NCBI GenBank assembly: GCA_951406725.2
Contig: OX597815.1
Span: forward strand, 25,172,001-25,236,000
Direction of reading: 5' to 3'
Length of the DNA stretch: 64,000 nucleotides
DNA from: Octopus vulgaris
Lineage: Eukaryota
In this document: positions 12,511-26,420 of the stretch, piece after piece
Layout of the letters: each line of letters opens with the position of its first letter
How positions within the stretch are numbered: the stretch's first letter is position 1
The notes under the pieces: generated by a model
The model's input: only the letters and a program-made list of their open reading frames with translations
What the model was told of the DNA's origin: nothing
The model's database searches: none
Made by a program: the position numbers and the translations under genes

Positions 12511-15036
12511 TTTTTTCTTCTTTCAAATTTGCTTCCATTTCTTGCCGGGAATCTTCCCGACTCCTAGGGCATAGAAACTCATAGTATACATTGGTAGGCC
12601 ATTAAACTAAACTCAATAGTTCGTTCATTTTTTTTTTTTTTAATTAAATTAAAATACATGGGTAGTAATAATTCTCACATCGACAATGCTCTTCTCAATA
12701 CGTGTGATGTACCAGTTAAGACAATCTTTTGCACTTCTTGCAGGGATGGTAAGCCAGGGATCATTCTCATATAATTTTCGGTTCCCTTCTTGATCATTCC
12801 TAGTGCTCCTACGATCACTGGTATTGTAACCGCCTTGAGATGCCACATTTTCTCAATGTCGATGAGTAGGTCTTTATATTTTCTGAGCTTGTCAAACTCT
12901 TTCGCCGAGATATTATGATCACAGGGGATGCTCATGTCGATCAATAAGCAAACTTTATTGTTTTGGTCTTTCACAACAATATCTGGTTTATTGGCTTTGA
13001 TGGTTCGGTCTGTATGCACTGGAAAGTCCCACAGAATCGTTACATTTTCTCCTTCAGTTACAGCTTCAGGGTGGTGATTATACCACTTGTCGGCAGTTTT
13101 GATATTGTAATGCCCACTTATTAGCCAGTGTAGATATTGGCCAACTCTGTAATGTCTTAATTTATACATCCTCTGGTGCTAAGACTTTACATCCAGAGAT
13201 TAGGTGGTCCACTGTTTCAATCATGTCGTTGCAGAATCGGCATTTTGGGTCTGCTCCATTTTGCATCACATTGGCCTGGTAGTTCCGGGTTAATAGGCTT
13301 TGATATTGAGCAGCCAGGATGAAACCTTCGCTCTCTGCTTTTAGCCCTGAGCTCCGTAGCCACTGATGGGTTTGCTTCTGGTCAACATCAGCTTGTTTGC
13401 TGCGGACCACATATTTGCCGTGCAGAGGTTTCTCCTCCCACCTATCAGCCAATTGCTCGTGCGCTTTTTTCTTTGCCATTATTTTCACCTTCTTTGCAAC
13501 AATAGTTGCCGTACTTCCCTCGGGTTGTTCAATTTGAGTATCCTGCACGAGATCAATAGCAAATTTTTTGCTTTCCTTTATGATAGAATGAAGCTTATTT
13601 CGTCTCTCGTGATTTTCCACGAGCTTTAGCATCCAGTCATTCGTTATTTCAAGATATTTGGCCAGTCCAATTGTGGTTGTTTTGTAAGCTAGTTCAAATT
13701 GGATCAGGCCTCAACCTCCTTGGGCTCTGGGAAGGTAAAGGCGATCTACGTCTGCATTTGGGTGGTGCATCCTATTACAACTCAGCAGCTTGCGTATTTT
13801 CCTATCTATATTCTTTACTTCACTCATATTCCAGTTCAACATATTGTAGCTATAAGTAACAACTGGAACTGCTAAGGAATTTATAGCTAACACCTTGTTA
13901 CGTGCATTTAGTTCAGATTTCAGGACTGCACGAACTATCCTATAACATTCCTTCCTGATCTTCTCTTTCATGCTTGCATGCTGAATACCAGAGCCTTCAT
14001 TTATCCCTAAATATTTGTATGCTTGTTCTTGTTCAAGCTCTCTTATGACTGTGTCAACATCTAACACAATTGAATTTGTGGCCTTCACTTTCTCTTTCTG
14101 GAAAGTGACCTTGGCACACTTCTCAAGTCCAAACTCCATCCCGATGTCATCGCTGAATGCTTTCACAGTGCGCAATAGGCCTTCAAGTTCATTATTGTCT
14201 TTACCATAGAGTTTTAAGTCATCCATATAAAATAGATGGCTTATTTTTTTATTGGCAATTTTATACCCATACCCTGTTCTGTTAAATTCACTTGTAAGGG
14301 GTATTAGGGTTATGCAGAATATTAAAGGTGAAAGTGAGTCACCTTGAAAAATTCCACAGTTGATGTTTATATTTTCTGAGGCAAGTACTCCATTAGAGTG
14401 GTATAATTGGAGATTCGTATTCCACAGCGACATATTGTGCTTCAAGAAGCTTGAAATCACAGGGGAAATTTTGAAGATGTCCAGCGATCTCAAGATCCAT
14501 GGATGCGGTATACTGTCGAAGGCCTTTTTATAGTCAATCCATGCGGAGTTGAGATTTCTGCACTTGTGACAGTTCTCAAGGATCATACGATTAATTAGCA
14601 GTTGATCTTTGCATCCGTATGAGCCTCGGCGGCACCCTTTTTGTTCAATGGGGAAAATATCGTTCTTCTCCATGAATGCATATGTTTTCTCCGCCAGGAT
14701 AGATGTTAGGATTTTATACGTGGTGGATAGACAGGTTATAGGCTGATAGTTTTTTGGAAGGTTGGTTTTGTTATTCTTCGGGAGTAGGTAAGTAATACCA
14801 CTTGCTAACCATTCAGGTGTTTTCTTTGGGTCTCTCATAATTCCATTGAGCAGCTGAACTAGCTTACCGTGTGCGCATGGGAGCGATGCGAGCCAGAAAT
14901 TCGGCACCCTATCTTTACCGGGGGATTTCCAATTATGGGCCTTCGTGAGTGCCTTTCTTAGGTCTGCTATTGTGATGTCTTCCCATGCTTGTTGTTGTAA
15001 ATTTTGGAGGATCCTTCAGTTTGTATAATCCAGTCT
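12510..15036 (-). mobile_element. 5'-truncated R4/Dong-clade non-LTR retrotransposon (RT + CCHC + RLE endonuclease), frameshifted
   Basis: RT motifs WIDYKKAFDS, GIFQGDSLSP, YMDDLKLY. CCHC knuckle CRFC..ETVDHLISGC. RLE motifs RHY..LHW, KPDIVV, LIDMSIPCD, KYKDL. Both ends abut TAA/TGA triplet arrays. Confidence 0.9.
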
Positions 15037-15049
15037 TATTATTATTATT

Positions 15050-15120
<71 letters not shown>

Positions 15121-15137
15121 TATTATTATTATTATTA

Positions 15138-15205
<68 letters not shown>
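15036..15205. repeat. Compound (TAT)n(CAT)n microsatellite
   Basis: Direct reading. Confidence 0.95.
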
Positions 15206-15209
<4 letters not shown>

Positions 15210-15724
15210 TCACTCGACGTAGTGGTTAAGAGTGCGGGCTACTAATCCCAAGATTCCGAGTTCGATTCCAGACTGCGTTCTTTTTGTTTGTTTGTGCGCA
15301 TGTGTGTGGGTTAGTGTGCATGTGTGCATACACATGCATTTATGTATGTGTGCATGTTTGTGTATGCCTGTATGTGTGTGTGTGTGTGTGTGTGCATATG
15401 TATACATGCATGTGTGTACATTTGTATGTATGTATTCTGCATATTCATGTGTTTGCGTATTCGAGTTTGTGTGTTATATGTTTGTGTGTGTGTTGCAACT
15501 ATGTACCGTGTTTGTATGTATGGATGTGTGTCTCCATATGTGTGGACGTGTGTCTCCATGTGTCCTTGAAAGCCTGTGTGTATATATGGTCATGTATTTC
15601 AGTCTTCATTTGCGTATATATGCTTGTCTGTTCATATAACCTATTTACCTGTCCATCTGTATGTTGATCTGTTTACTTTCATATCCATATGCTTACATAC
15701 ATGTGCATATACATACATACATTA

Positions 15725-15909
15725 CGGATCCGTGGAACAAGCTGCCAGACGAGATGGTGAAGATGCCGACGACCGCTTTGTTCAAAGCCTCCCTGGACCT
15801 CAAGTGGCCTGAACTCTTTACATGAACACCACCCTGTACTTAACTCCATGTCCCCCTACATGGCCTTGCTATTTGCTTTTGAGCCAAATTAACTAACTAA
15901 CTAACTAAC
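15725..15909 (+). mobile_element. Short 3' end of a second CR1-like LINE with (TAAC)n tail
   Basis: Translates DPWNKLPDEMVKMPTTALFKASLDLKW, a CR1 ORF2 terminus. The 3' UTR recurs at 51141-51247. Confidence 0.7.
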
Positions 15910-16019
15910 ATACATGCACACACACATACATACATACATGCACACACACATACATACACACATCTATCTACATAACAGCCCACTAACTATTCTACTCTAC
16001 CAGTGTAAACTGTGGGTAT

Positions 16020-16640
16020 GGAGGTATGATATCTACTGTGTATGTTTCCTATTTAGCATTGGGAAAGTTTCATTTATGAGGACGTACTCCTGTATTTGTC
16101 TGAGTGTTTGGTCCTTTGGGTGCTTGGATACGATGCAGATCTCAAGTTGACCCATGTTGCCTCCATGTTGGTCCTTGGCATGTTAGTAGAGTATGGAGGA
16201 CTGCTTTTTTTTTCGTCATATTGTCCCAAATGTTCATTTAGTCGTTCTGCAATGCTCCTAGATGTCTCTCCTATGTATATCATGTCCATGTCTTTACAAG
16301 TACCTTCTATGAATCTTATGCTGTAAACAACATTTCTAGTTCTACAGTTAATGTCAGGGCTAATCCTACATACCATGCAATTATTGGTGCATATAGTATT
16401 CTTAAAAGGGTATGTCCTAAATAGTTGTGATCTGACGGAGTTCCCTGGCTATTCAACAATCTTAATGTTGAGTTTGGTCTCCTTCAGAGCTTTTCTAAAT
16501 CTACGGGGCTAGTTCGCAATGGGCTGTGGCCTCTACAAACATCACTCCTTGATATTTGTCGGTTTTATACCACGTGTTCTCCCTGTTTGCTTTGTCACAA
16601 ATTCTTTGTATCCTATTCCAGTCTTTGTTTCTCTGCCCTA
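16020..16640 (-). mobile_element. Penelope-like element fragment: GIY-YIG endonuclease
   Basis: C..CMVC..CRTRNVVYSI...C...IYIGETSRSIAERLNEH motif typical of PLE GIY-YIG domains. Confidence 0.8.
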
Positions 16641-17425
16641 GATATAGAAACACACACACACACACACACACACACAAATTATTAAAAGTTTTCCACTGAG
16701 GTGTGTCATTTTTTGAAAAAATTTTATCCTTATCGCGTCATCTTTTTTCTATACATACATATCACAATGTATGTGTACACCCCCACACATATTTACATAT
16801 ATGTATACGCATACACACACACATGAATGTGTATGTATGTATGTATGTATGTATGTATGTATGTATGTATGTATGTATGTATGTATGTATGTATGTATGT
16901 ATGTGTGAATATGTGTGTGTGTGTGCATGAGTATGATCATGCGTGTGTGTCAATCTAGAAATGATAAAAGGCTTTGTATGTTGACGTATATTTATAGGAC
17001 ATTGTGCATTTGCGTAAGTCGACGTGTGTATTTATGATATTGTTTATTTATATTACATTGTATATTCAGTTTTGGGTGTGTACAAGATAGCACGTTTTTA
17101 GTCACAATGTGTATTATTTACATTCAAGTTGACAACAGTGAGTAAAGTGCGAATTGTTAGAGGGTACAGTGTATGCTATGCGAATTTTGCTATCACTATC
17201 AATAGAAAATGGAGTGCAAAATGCAGACATGGTTAACGCTTACATGGTCAAGCTCAACTGAGGAATGAGGCGACTGGGCACGATTGCTTGGACGCTCGCG
17301 AATTGGAACAGCTGATTGGACCATGAACCTGATAGCCCACTGTACTTTTTGGCACTGGAGGCAAACATACTCACATACGCATGCACACACACGAAGACAT
17401 TTGGTTGGCGGAAACTGCAACGATT

Positions 17426-17660
17426 GGCGGCGAGCTTGGCAGAAACATTAGCACGCCAGACAAAATGATTTGGGGTATTTCGTCTGCCGCTACGTTCTGA
17501 GTTCAAATTCCGCCGAGGTCGACTTTGCCTTTCATCCTTTCGGGGTCGATTAAATAAGTACCAGTTACGCACTGGGGTCGATATAATCGACTTAATCCGT
17601 TTGTCTGCTCTTGTTTGTCCCCTCTGTGTGCAGCTCCTTGTGGGCAGTAAAGAAATAGGA
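17426..17660 (+). mobile_element. tRNA-derived SINE family B (Meta/MESC-like central domain)
   Basis: GGCGGCGAGCTGGCAGAAA...GAGTTCAAATTCC head and GCCTTTCATCCTTTCGGGGTCGAT..AAGTACCAG domain. Other copies at 21080-21497(-), 26905-27135(-), 28505-28910, 29010-29360(-), 48245-48750(-), 63437-63670. Confidence 0.8.
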
Positions 17661-18324
17661 AACTGCAACGATTGATGGGCATTTGTATTAGAAAGAGGAA
17701 GAAATGTATGTATGAATGCATGTATGCATATGTGTGTATGTGTACGTGTCTATGTGTGTGCGTATGTGTCTGAGAGTGCGTGTGAATTTATACACATTTG
17801 TGTGTATGTGCATATATATATATATATATATATATACAAACCTACGCGCACACACGCGCACAATAAAGGTTCATATACACGTCTATATACGCCCAAGTAC
17901 AAAAAACAGGGCTAAGGGTAACAATACAGAAAAAAGGTTTGTATATATATATATTTGGCGAATGGTGCGGGTGAGGATGTGTACGTTTCAGGTGAGGGTG
18001 GGCGAGTGCATACTTTTAGGCGCTTGTACGTGGGTGTCCGGGCGCACATGTGTAGGTATGAATAGGCGCGCTTACGCGAATACTATGAACATTTTTACCC
18101 CCCTTACTTTTACTCCCTCCTCTCTCTTAGCGGTCATTCAAATAGCTCTTTTGTCTTAATAACAGTCAATCACACAGTAATTTCCCTTTGTTTAACGGTC
18201 TTTTTCATAGCATTTTTTCCGATGGCCGGATAACTGAAGAGATGGCGGCGTGGATTTCCACCTCGGCATCCGAAACTCGGAGTTTTATCATGGCTACCGA
18301 ATAATTGTCACATATGACATTTAC

Positions 18325-18435
<111 letters not shown>

Positions 18436-18677
18436 GTGACATAGAAAGATGAATAATCTTGTTGCAGATTAATCAAAAGTTTAACCGATACCTTGGTAGC
18501 AAAAATCACAGCAGAAGAAAGCACGGTTGGAGAAAACCATGAAGAGAAAGCCACAATATGGTATCCTTATTTAATCAGAATTTGGAAAATTGTGGCTTTT
18601 GAAACATGTGTAGAATGCAATAAAAGGAATTCTGTTCAATCTTCGTTCAACTCCATTTCTTCAATTCACTAATAATA

Positions 18678-18720
<43 letters not shown>

Positions 18721-18881
18721 AAATGGATAAATGAATTATCTTGTTAAGGATTATTCAAAATTTAACCGATACCTGGGTAGCAAAAATCACAACTTGGAAA
18801 TTTGCGGCCTTTGAAACATGTGTAGAAAATAATAAAAGGAATTCTGTAGCATCTTCGTTCAGCTCCATTTCTTCCCTTCAC

Positions 18882-19015
<134 letters not shown>

Positions 19016-19092
19016 GAGGTTGTAAGATACCGAACGAGTGGAAATATATATGAAAGAAGGTTTGAAAACGCAATTTTAAAAGATATTTATTC

Positions 19093-19134
19093 ACTTGACC
19101 GGTTTCACTTTTTTAGAAAAAGATTGTCAAAAGT
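19093..19134 (-). ncRNA. Minimal type-I hammerhead-ribozyme-like motif, U3-A8 core variant
   Basis: Minus strand ACUU-UUGACAA-U-CUUUUU/CUA/AAAAAG-U-GAAA-CCGG-UC-AAGU. Stem I can extend to 7 bp, stem III is the palindrome ACCGGU, and AAUAAA follows. Confidence 0.6.
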
Positions 19135-19379
19135 AAAATGTAAAAGCTTTGTAAAAACTTTGTTGTGTTAAATACTGGTTGTCACAAAATATTACAATAC
19201 ATATATACATTCTTTGAATATAATAAGAAAAATTTTAAAACAGTTTACAAGGAAAAATCTTGAGAAAATATTAAAAAGTTCATTGAAAATATTAGGATTT
19301 CATTAAAAATCATGTTTGTTTGGAAGTATCTATATATAAACACAGAAAATTATAAGTTTAAAAAGGTCATATTTTGGTG

Positions 19380-19427
<48 letters not shown>

Positions 19428-20007
19428 GGAGATATATTTAGGAGTTTACAAAGAATTTGAGATAAACTGACCTGTTTTAACATTTTTTTGTTTCGTTTAA
19501 TGCGTGTTTGTGTGTGAGTCTTTGTATTTGTCCCCCACAACCACCTGACAATCGGTGCTGGTTTGTTTGCGTCCCTGTGATTTTGCAGTTCGGCAAAAAG
19601 ACGCCGATAGACTAAGTATTAGTCTTTAAAATACGTATCGGTGGGTCGATTTGTTCGATTAAACTCTTCGGAGTGGTACACCAGCATGGCTGCAGTACAA
19701 GACTAAAACAAATGAAAGAAAAAATATGAAGGTGTCACAGTGAATAACTGACACCTAAATACGTTATTAATAAAACAACTGGTACTGTATTTCATAAGAT
19801 CGAATAACGAGGCAGCCGACTTAACCAGCGTAGTATGGGCTACTTCTTATACTTGTAATATTAATGTTAAAAGTTAATGGAATGATAACAGTAGGCATCG
19901 GTCTACGTGCTTTATTGTGTTTAGTTTTCCTACGAGGTAAGCAATCTCTATTTTAGCAATAGAACTAAAATTATCCTAAAGCATTCGTTATCGTTTGTCT
20001 TATTTGG

Positions 20008-20393
20008 ATGGAAGCACTCCGTCGGTTACGACGACGAGGGTTCCGGTTGATCCGAATCAACGGAACTGCCTGCTCGTGAAATTAACGTGTAAGTGGCTGA
20101 GCACTCCACAGACACGTGTACCCTTAACGTAGTTCTCGGGGATATTCAGCCTGACACAGAGAGTGACAAGGCCGGCCCTTTGAAATACAGGTACAACAGA
20201 AACAGGAAGTAAGAGTGAGAGAAAGTTGTGGTGAAAGAGTACAGCAGGGATCACCACCATCTCCTGCCGGAGACTCGTGGAGCTTTAGGTGTTTTCGCTC
20301 AATAAACACTCACAACGCCCGGTCTGGGAATCGAAACCGCGATCCTATGACCGCGAGTCTGCTGCCCTAACCACTGGGCCATTGCGCCTCCAC
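20008..20393 (-). mobile_element. tRNA-derived SINE family D
   Basis: Minus-strand head GGCGCAATGGCCCAGTGGTTAGGGC...GGTTTCGATTCCC with a non-tRNA body. Confidence 0.7.
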
Positions 20394-20433
20394 TTGTCCT
20401 ATTTATAAAGATTGCTGCCACTTAAACCTATAT

Positions 20434-20479
<46 letters not shown>

Positions 20480-21079
20480 CGGTTCATGTTTACCATATTA
20501 AATTCGTTGAAAACGCTTTGTCACCCAGCCTGCAAAAAATTATTCCTCCATGCACCTGAAGGACTTACATATGTTGCACACTTGTCTTCTTTAAAGTCAA
20601 GTTTAACAAATCATGACCTTCTTTTAATGATTTTCATCTGAATGATTCACAAACGAGCAATTTAATCTTAACGAAGACAACAACTTCATTACATCGTCAA
20701 TGGGTGACATTAACGACGGTGACGATGGCAATGAGATCACGACAGCGATGAAATAGTTTTTAATTATTCACAAGAAAAGAAATAGTTTAACTTGATTTAT
20801 TATGGAATGTTTGTGCTAGAATTTTTTTAATCAACTAACTTGTTGTTTAGCTCCAGGTCAACTCTAATCGTATAGGCTTATTGGCAAAAGTAGTCCAATT
20901 TTTATAATCCCATCTTTTGCCCATAAATTGTGTATCTAAAACAACATCAACCAATGTATCCTTTTAAAAAAATCTGTGGGGTGTGATTTGAGAAAAGTTT
21001 GGCTACTATTTATAATAAGTAGAGAGACCACGTAGAAGCTTTCTCGTGACAGGCGTTTTCTGTAAAATGGTCATATTAT

Positions 21080-21497
21080 CTATTTCTTTACTGCCCACAA
21101 GGGGCTAAACACAGAGAGGACAAACAAGGACAGACAAACGGATTAAGCCGATTTTATCGACCCCAGTGCGTAACTGGTATTTATTTAATCGACCCCGAAA
21201 GGATGAAAGGCAAAGTCGACCTCGGAGGAATTTGAACTCAGAACGGAGCAGCAGACGAAATACCTATTTCTTTACTACCTACACGGGGCTAAACACAGAG
21301 AGGACAAACAAGGACAGACAAACGGATTAAGCCGATTTTATCGACCCCAGTGCGTAACTGGTATTTATTTAATCGACCCCGAAAGGATGAAAGGCAAAGT
21401 CGACCCCGGCAGAATTTGAACTCAGAACGTAGCGGCAGACGAAATACCTCTAAGCATTTCGCCCGGCGGGCTAACGATTCTGCCAAGCTCGCCGCCC
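21080..21497 (-). mobile_element. SINE family B, tandem dimer
   Basis: The body (TATTTCGTCTG...AAGAAATAG) is present twice in direct orientation. Confidence 0.8.
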
Positions 21498-22189
21498 TAA
21501 ATGGTCGTATTATCTTTGACTGCACAGAGCTGAGCGTATTCTATTTAAATAAATTTTGATAATTATTATTATTGATATTAGGTAATGGAGTAAAGTGCTG
21601 GACAAAAGACTTTGTTGTTTAGTTATAATGGTTTTGATTTCAAACCCTGATCGCATCAATTTTGAGTTTTGACCAGTTACTGCTGCAGTCCATTTAATCA
21701 ACTCTGCCCTTCTCCACAGAACGTGTGGCCTTGTGCTAATGATAAAAACCATCACTCCTACAGTATGAGCTGTGAATTAGTATGCTCGTCTTGCTCGTCT
21801 TGCTCATCTTGTATGAACAAACGCAATTTACTTGATTTGACGAACAGGAGTTGTGAAATAGTATTAAAAAAAAGGCTAACTGTCATTCATAAATGAGCGT
21901 GACTTGGTAGCATATACAAGGCTTTCTCTAATTACTTCAGGTAGCCCATAAATATAGATAAACATTCATGACTCAGTAGAACATCCAGGATATGACAACT
22001 GGAGAAAGAGAGGATTGCACCGGCTCTCAGTTGGTACACGACTCAGCTAAGTATACTAGAATAATGTTAAATGAAGCACTTTGCTCAAGGACACAATGTA
22101 TCACCTAGCGTAGGAATTGAGCCTGTAACCTTGACTATAAAACGCTCTTGCCTATCAGACGTACAGCTGACTTCAGATCGGCAATTTTA

Positions 22190-22530
22190 TTGACCCGACT
22201 ATAAGTCGCAGCGACTTTTTTTATGTTGGAGAGCAAAGTTCGATTAGAAATCGCTCCGACATAACTGTTGTTCGGTAACCGAGCTTTCAGTAAGCTGAAA
22301 ATGACCTACAACAACTGTTATTCCATTAAGTCCAAACATTTTAGAAACCATTGTTTACAATGTAAAATTTTAACCTTTTCAGTTATTCCAAGAGTCGGAA
22401 CTTTAGACGTGGCTTGAACCTAGAAAATATCTGAAGATTTTTTTTATAGGATGCGCTTATAAGTCGCGCCCCCAGCTTTAGATGAACACTTCAGGGGGAA
22501 AAAGTGCGACTTATAGCCGAGTATACACGG
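22190..22530. mobile_element. Tc2/pogo-like MITE, left end eroded
   Basis: CGACTATAAGTCGCA (left) is inverted relative to TGCGACTTATAGCCGAGTATACACGG|TA (right). Confidence 0.55.
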
Positions 22531-23194
22531 TACTTGGTGACTTCATTAGTCCCGGTGCAACGTAAAAAGTACCCAGTATACTCTGTTGAGTGGTTGGCGT
22601 TAGGAAAGGCATTCGGCCGTAAAAAACTACGTATGTTAAAGCAGATAATAATACTTGGAGCACTCCGCTGGCCCGCCAGCTCCTGTCGAACCGTTCAACC
22701 GATGCCAGCATGGATAACGGACGTTAAATGATGGTGTTTTATAGTATAACTGGCTGGTTCTTTTTTTTAAGATATATTACATATTTGTAATGTACTTGTT
22801 TACTCCAAAATTATATCAAATTAAAAACCAGTAAAAACATAACATTCCAATTGATTAATCAATTCCATAGTTCACACAGTACGCCATGTTTTTTGATCTT
22901 TTATCTACGCCGGACCAATTTATGCCTCTGGTTTTGATACACCACTAAGTAAGGGCTAATACTCCTATACTTGAAAAACACGAACTACATACGTAGATGG
23001 GCGTTACTTTATATGTCACGGATGCATCTTAAAGCAACACTGACGAAGTAAGTCATGAATAGACTCGGCATGTGCTTAACAACGCCCTCTCTTTTCCACG
23101 ATGACACATTATTATTCAACAAATTATTCGTTGTTTGAAAAGCTGTATTAAGATACTCTTCTTTCTTTCATCCTCTCTCCGCCCTATATATCTA

Positions 23195-23254
<60 letters not shown>

Positions 23255-23306
23255 TGTGTGTGTGTGTACATATATATATATGTATGTATGTACACACACA
23301 CACACA

Positions 23307-23352
<46 letters not shown>

Positions 23353-23368
23353 TGTGTGTGTGTGTGTG

Positions 23369-23412
<44 letters not shown>

Positions 23413-23435
23413 CATAATACATGTACGTGTATGTA

Positions 23436-23509
<74 letters not shown>

Positions 23510-23885
23510 TGTGTGTGTGTCTGTGTGTCTGTGTGTCTGTGTGTCTGTGTGTGTGAACTATGTACTGAATCAACGACACTATTCACACTGCGTTAGCTGA
23601 TCCTTCGTACAGACGTCCGTTGACACAAGTGTTTGTGAGTCATCATAACGCTTTGCCCTCAATAACTGCCCACGCATACAACGCTAAAGCAAGATGTTAA
23701 AGTTTCAAAAATTTCAAAGAAATATGTTCAAATTAATCTCTAGTCAATCTATGTCTGTCTGTTCTCTTTCTTTCTTTTCATTCACACAAATATACGTTGT
23801 AACTGTTTGTGCGTGAATACTACATTTGTTCAAATGACAAATTAAGATTTGAGATTTTCCCTTTTTGTGAATATAAACAAACAGA

Positions 23886-24090
23886 GGATCTTTTCACTTT
23901 GACCGGCAGATTTTTAAAATAATTTCTTTGTAACTAAACACTTTTAAACTTCGTATACTGGTAGTGTGTTACATAAAACATCTTTTTCTCTTGGCTTTCT
24001 TGAGAAAATTCTGTAGTTTGTAAGCCATTTGTTGTTTAATTTCTTGCATTTCAGCAATTTCAACCAATCAATGACGTCTATTGAGGTGAA
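23886..24090 (-). mobile_element. Truncated right end of a family-2-like Merlin MITE
   Basis: GGATCTTTTCACTTTGACCGGCAG...AAACTTCGTATACTGGTAG...CAACCAATCAATGACGTCTATTGAGG is the reverse complement of the family 2 right arm. Confidence 0.7.
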
Positions 24091-24599
24091 TACAATATCT
24101 GCCGTATTTAAAAGCAATTATATCCGACATTTGTTAACTTCAAAAATGCTTTTGAGTGGGTATGGAGAGAAGCACTGTGGAGTATACTGAAGAATTATAA
24201 CATCCCAAAGCATCTAATCTTAGTATTGTGAAAACTTTATTAGAATAGTGTTTGTTCAGTTCTGTACAGTTATGAACCAATGCAATGATTTGAAAAGAAA
24301 TACGTTGCAATTTAACAGAGCAGATCATTATCACCTGGACTTCTTAATCTTCGTCCTGAACAAACCATGACGCATGCTCTAAATGATTTTGAGGTGCAGT
24401 GAAGACAAACAGAAGCATGATCACGAATATATTATTTACAGACAACATTTGATGTATTAACTAGTTTTAAAAGCGAATTATCCAATACCACAGTTAGACT
24501 AGACGTTGCATTAAGTAAATACGGTATGGAAATTACTGTCAAAAAGTCACGTTATGTCGACAGGAGAACAACATTCAGAACAAACAAATAATGATTCCA

Positions 24600-25005
24600 A
24601 CATAAATACAATCAAAATCAATGACATTCGTGTGAAATCGGTCGATATATTCACTGACTTGGGACCTCTAATTAACGAAAATGTAGCGTTTGAAACCTAG
24701 ATAGTTAGGTGAATTGTAATGAACACAAATAGCAAAGATGGATAATATTTAGAAGCAGCAAGAACATTGCAACTGAAGACAAAATGAGGTTAATGCAATT
24801 TGATAACTGCAATGATGAGGTATGGATGTGAAATATGGATCTGCTAAAAGTTATTGGAATGAAATTTTTATCATTCATATGGAGTTACTTTTACAGAATT
24901 TTTGACATTGTAAGGAAGGGCTATCGGACCAACTGATCTGCGTTGATTGGAGAGAGGGGAAGATAATTTAAGACGAAGAAAAATGCAGTGGTTCGGTTAC
25001 ATCAG
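24600..25005 (+). mobile_element. Degenerate RTE LINE fragment
   Basis: Relic motifs IKIND...F..LG, YGCEIW and RRRKMQWFGYI with stops and frameshifts. Confidence 0.5.
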
Positions 25006-25591
25006 ATCATACATACATATAGCTCCGAAAATTTTATTATTCTCCATTTTTATGTTGTTAAATTTCATTTTTATTTCTTTTTGTCTCTTTTCCAGCCGAG
25101 AAAGTTTCTTCATTGGGAAAAGATTGGCACAGACCTTGCTTGAGATGTGAGAAATGTGGTAAAACACTCACTTCTGGAAACCATGCTGAGGTAAGAATGG
25201 ATCATTGATTCAATTACTCAAACTTCCTTGATTTGCAATCCAGGTTCGATTCTCGTCTATGTCTGTTTCACTTACTCAGCTACAGACTTAAGAAAGGCAT
25301 GAGTATTACAACTTCAAGTGCTTAAAGTCAATACCATTGATGGTAACTCAACATTTTAATCTTATTTTCAGAGTATCGTTAAAGGACATGCGAACTAGGA
25401 GCACATATTTTCTTTCTGTTATGTACGTGTAACCAACGGTGTATGCGCGCGCGTGTGTATTTCTATTATCTGTATATACATATATATACGTATGTACCAA
25501 ACATACATTTAGCAGGTACCTGCACCTACGGGCAACGTCATCCTTGATTCCGAGTGACGGTCGCAGTTATCTGTATGTGCCTGTCTATCTG

Positions 25592-25623
<32 letters not shown>

Positions 25624-25630
25624 TATATAT

Positions 25631-26420
25631 GGAGAATTCACACAAAAAACAAAAGACGAAGACAGGTGGTGTAGACAACAAACAGATGTATTAGTATATC
25701 GCTCGGGAAGGGAAAAAGTCTTTAACGTTTCGAGCCTACGCTCTTCCACAGAACGGAACACAGAAAGAAACAAGGAGAGAAAATAAAGAATGTGTAGTGG
25801 CTAGCGATCTATCATGGCGAATACCGGACAGAAGGGTCACACAGGAGAGCTAGGGAGAAGGGGAGATAATAAAGTAGTGGTGATCCCAAAACGAAGGTGC
25901 GTATGCGTGAGTATAAGAGAGTTTGTATGTGCGTGTGGAAGAGGGCTGGTGATCTTGACGTGTGCGTGTGTGTATGTGTAGGTGTGAAAATGTGGGCCTG
26001 GGAAGTGGTTAGTGCTGATGTGTGCGTAGTTGTGTATTGTGATGTGAAGTGTTGTGTGGTATGGTGGGATTGGGAATAGGGGATGGAAGCTTGGTGTGTT
26101 TAGGGTGGGAGGAAGAGAAGTTGAGGTATGAGTGTGAGGTAGTGGATTGAGATGGTGAGAGTGGAGTGATGAATACTGACCGAAATGTCAAGAAAGGAGA
26201 CAGAGGTGTCAGAGATAGTGCAGGAGAAGTGGCGGGCAGGATGGAAAGATTTGACAAAAGAGAGGAAGGAGTCTAGATGTTCGCGGGAGAGTGAGGTCGC
26301 GCCGATACAGTCGTCAATATAACAGCCGTATAGTTCGGGAGTGGGACCAGTGAAACTTGAGAATACTTGGGCCTCAACATAGCCAACAAACAGGTTCGCA
26401 TTGTTGGGGCCCATGTGCTT
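25631..26420 (-). mobile_element. Penelope-like element fragment: RT core plus downstream terminal repeat
   Basis: MGPNNANLFVG..E, YIDDCIG, SVSFLDI motifs (26100-26420), followed on the same strand by the repeat also found at 5990-6165. Confidence 0.8.
25720..25755 (-). ncRNA. Minimal hammerhead-like motif (core CUGUGGA) downstream of PLE RT
   Basis: CGUU-CUGUGGA-A-GAGC/GUAG/GCUC-GAAA-CG-UU-AAAG, on the same strand as the adjacent PLE RT. Confidence 0.45.
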
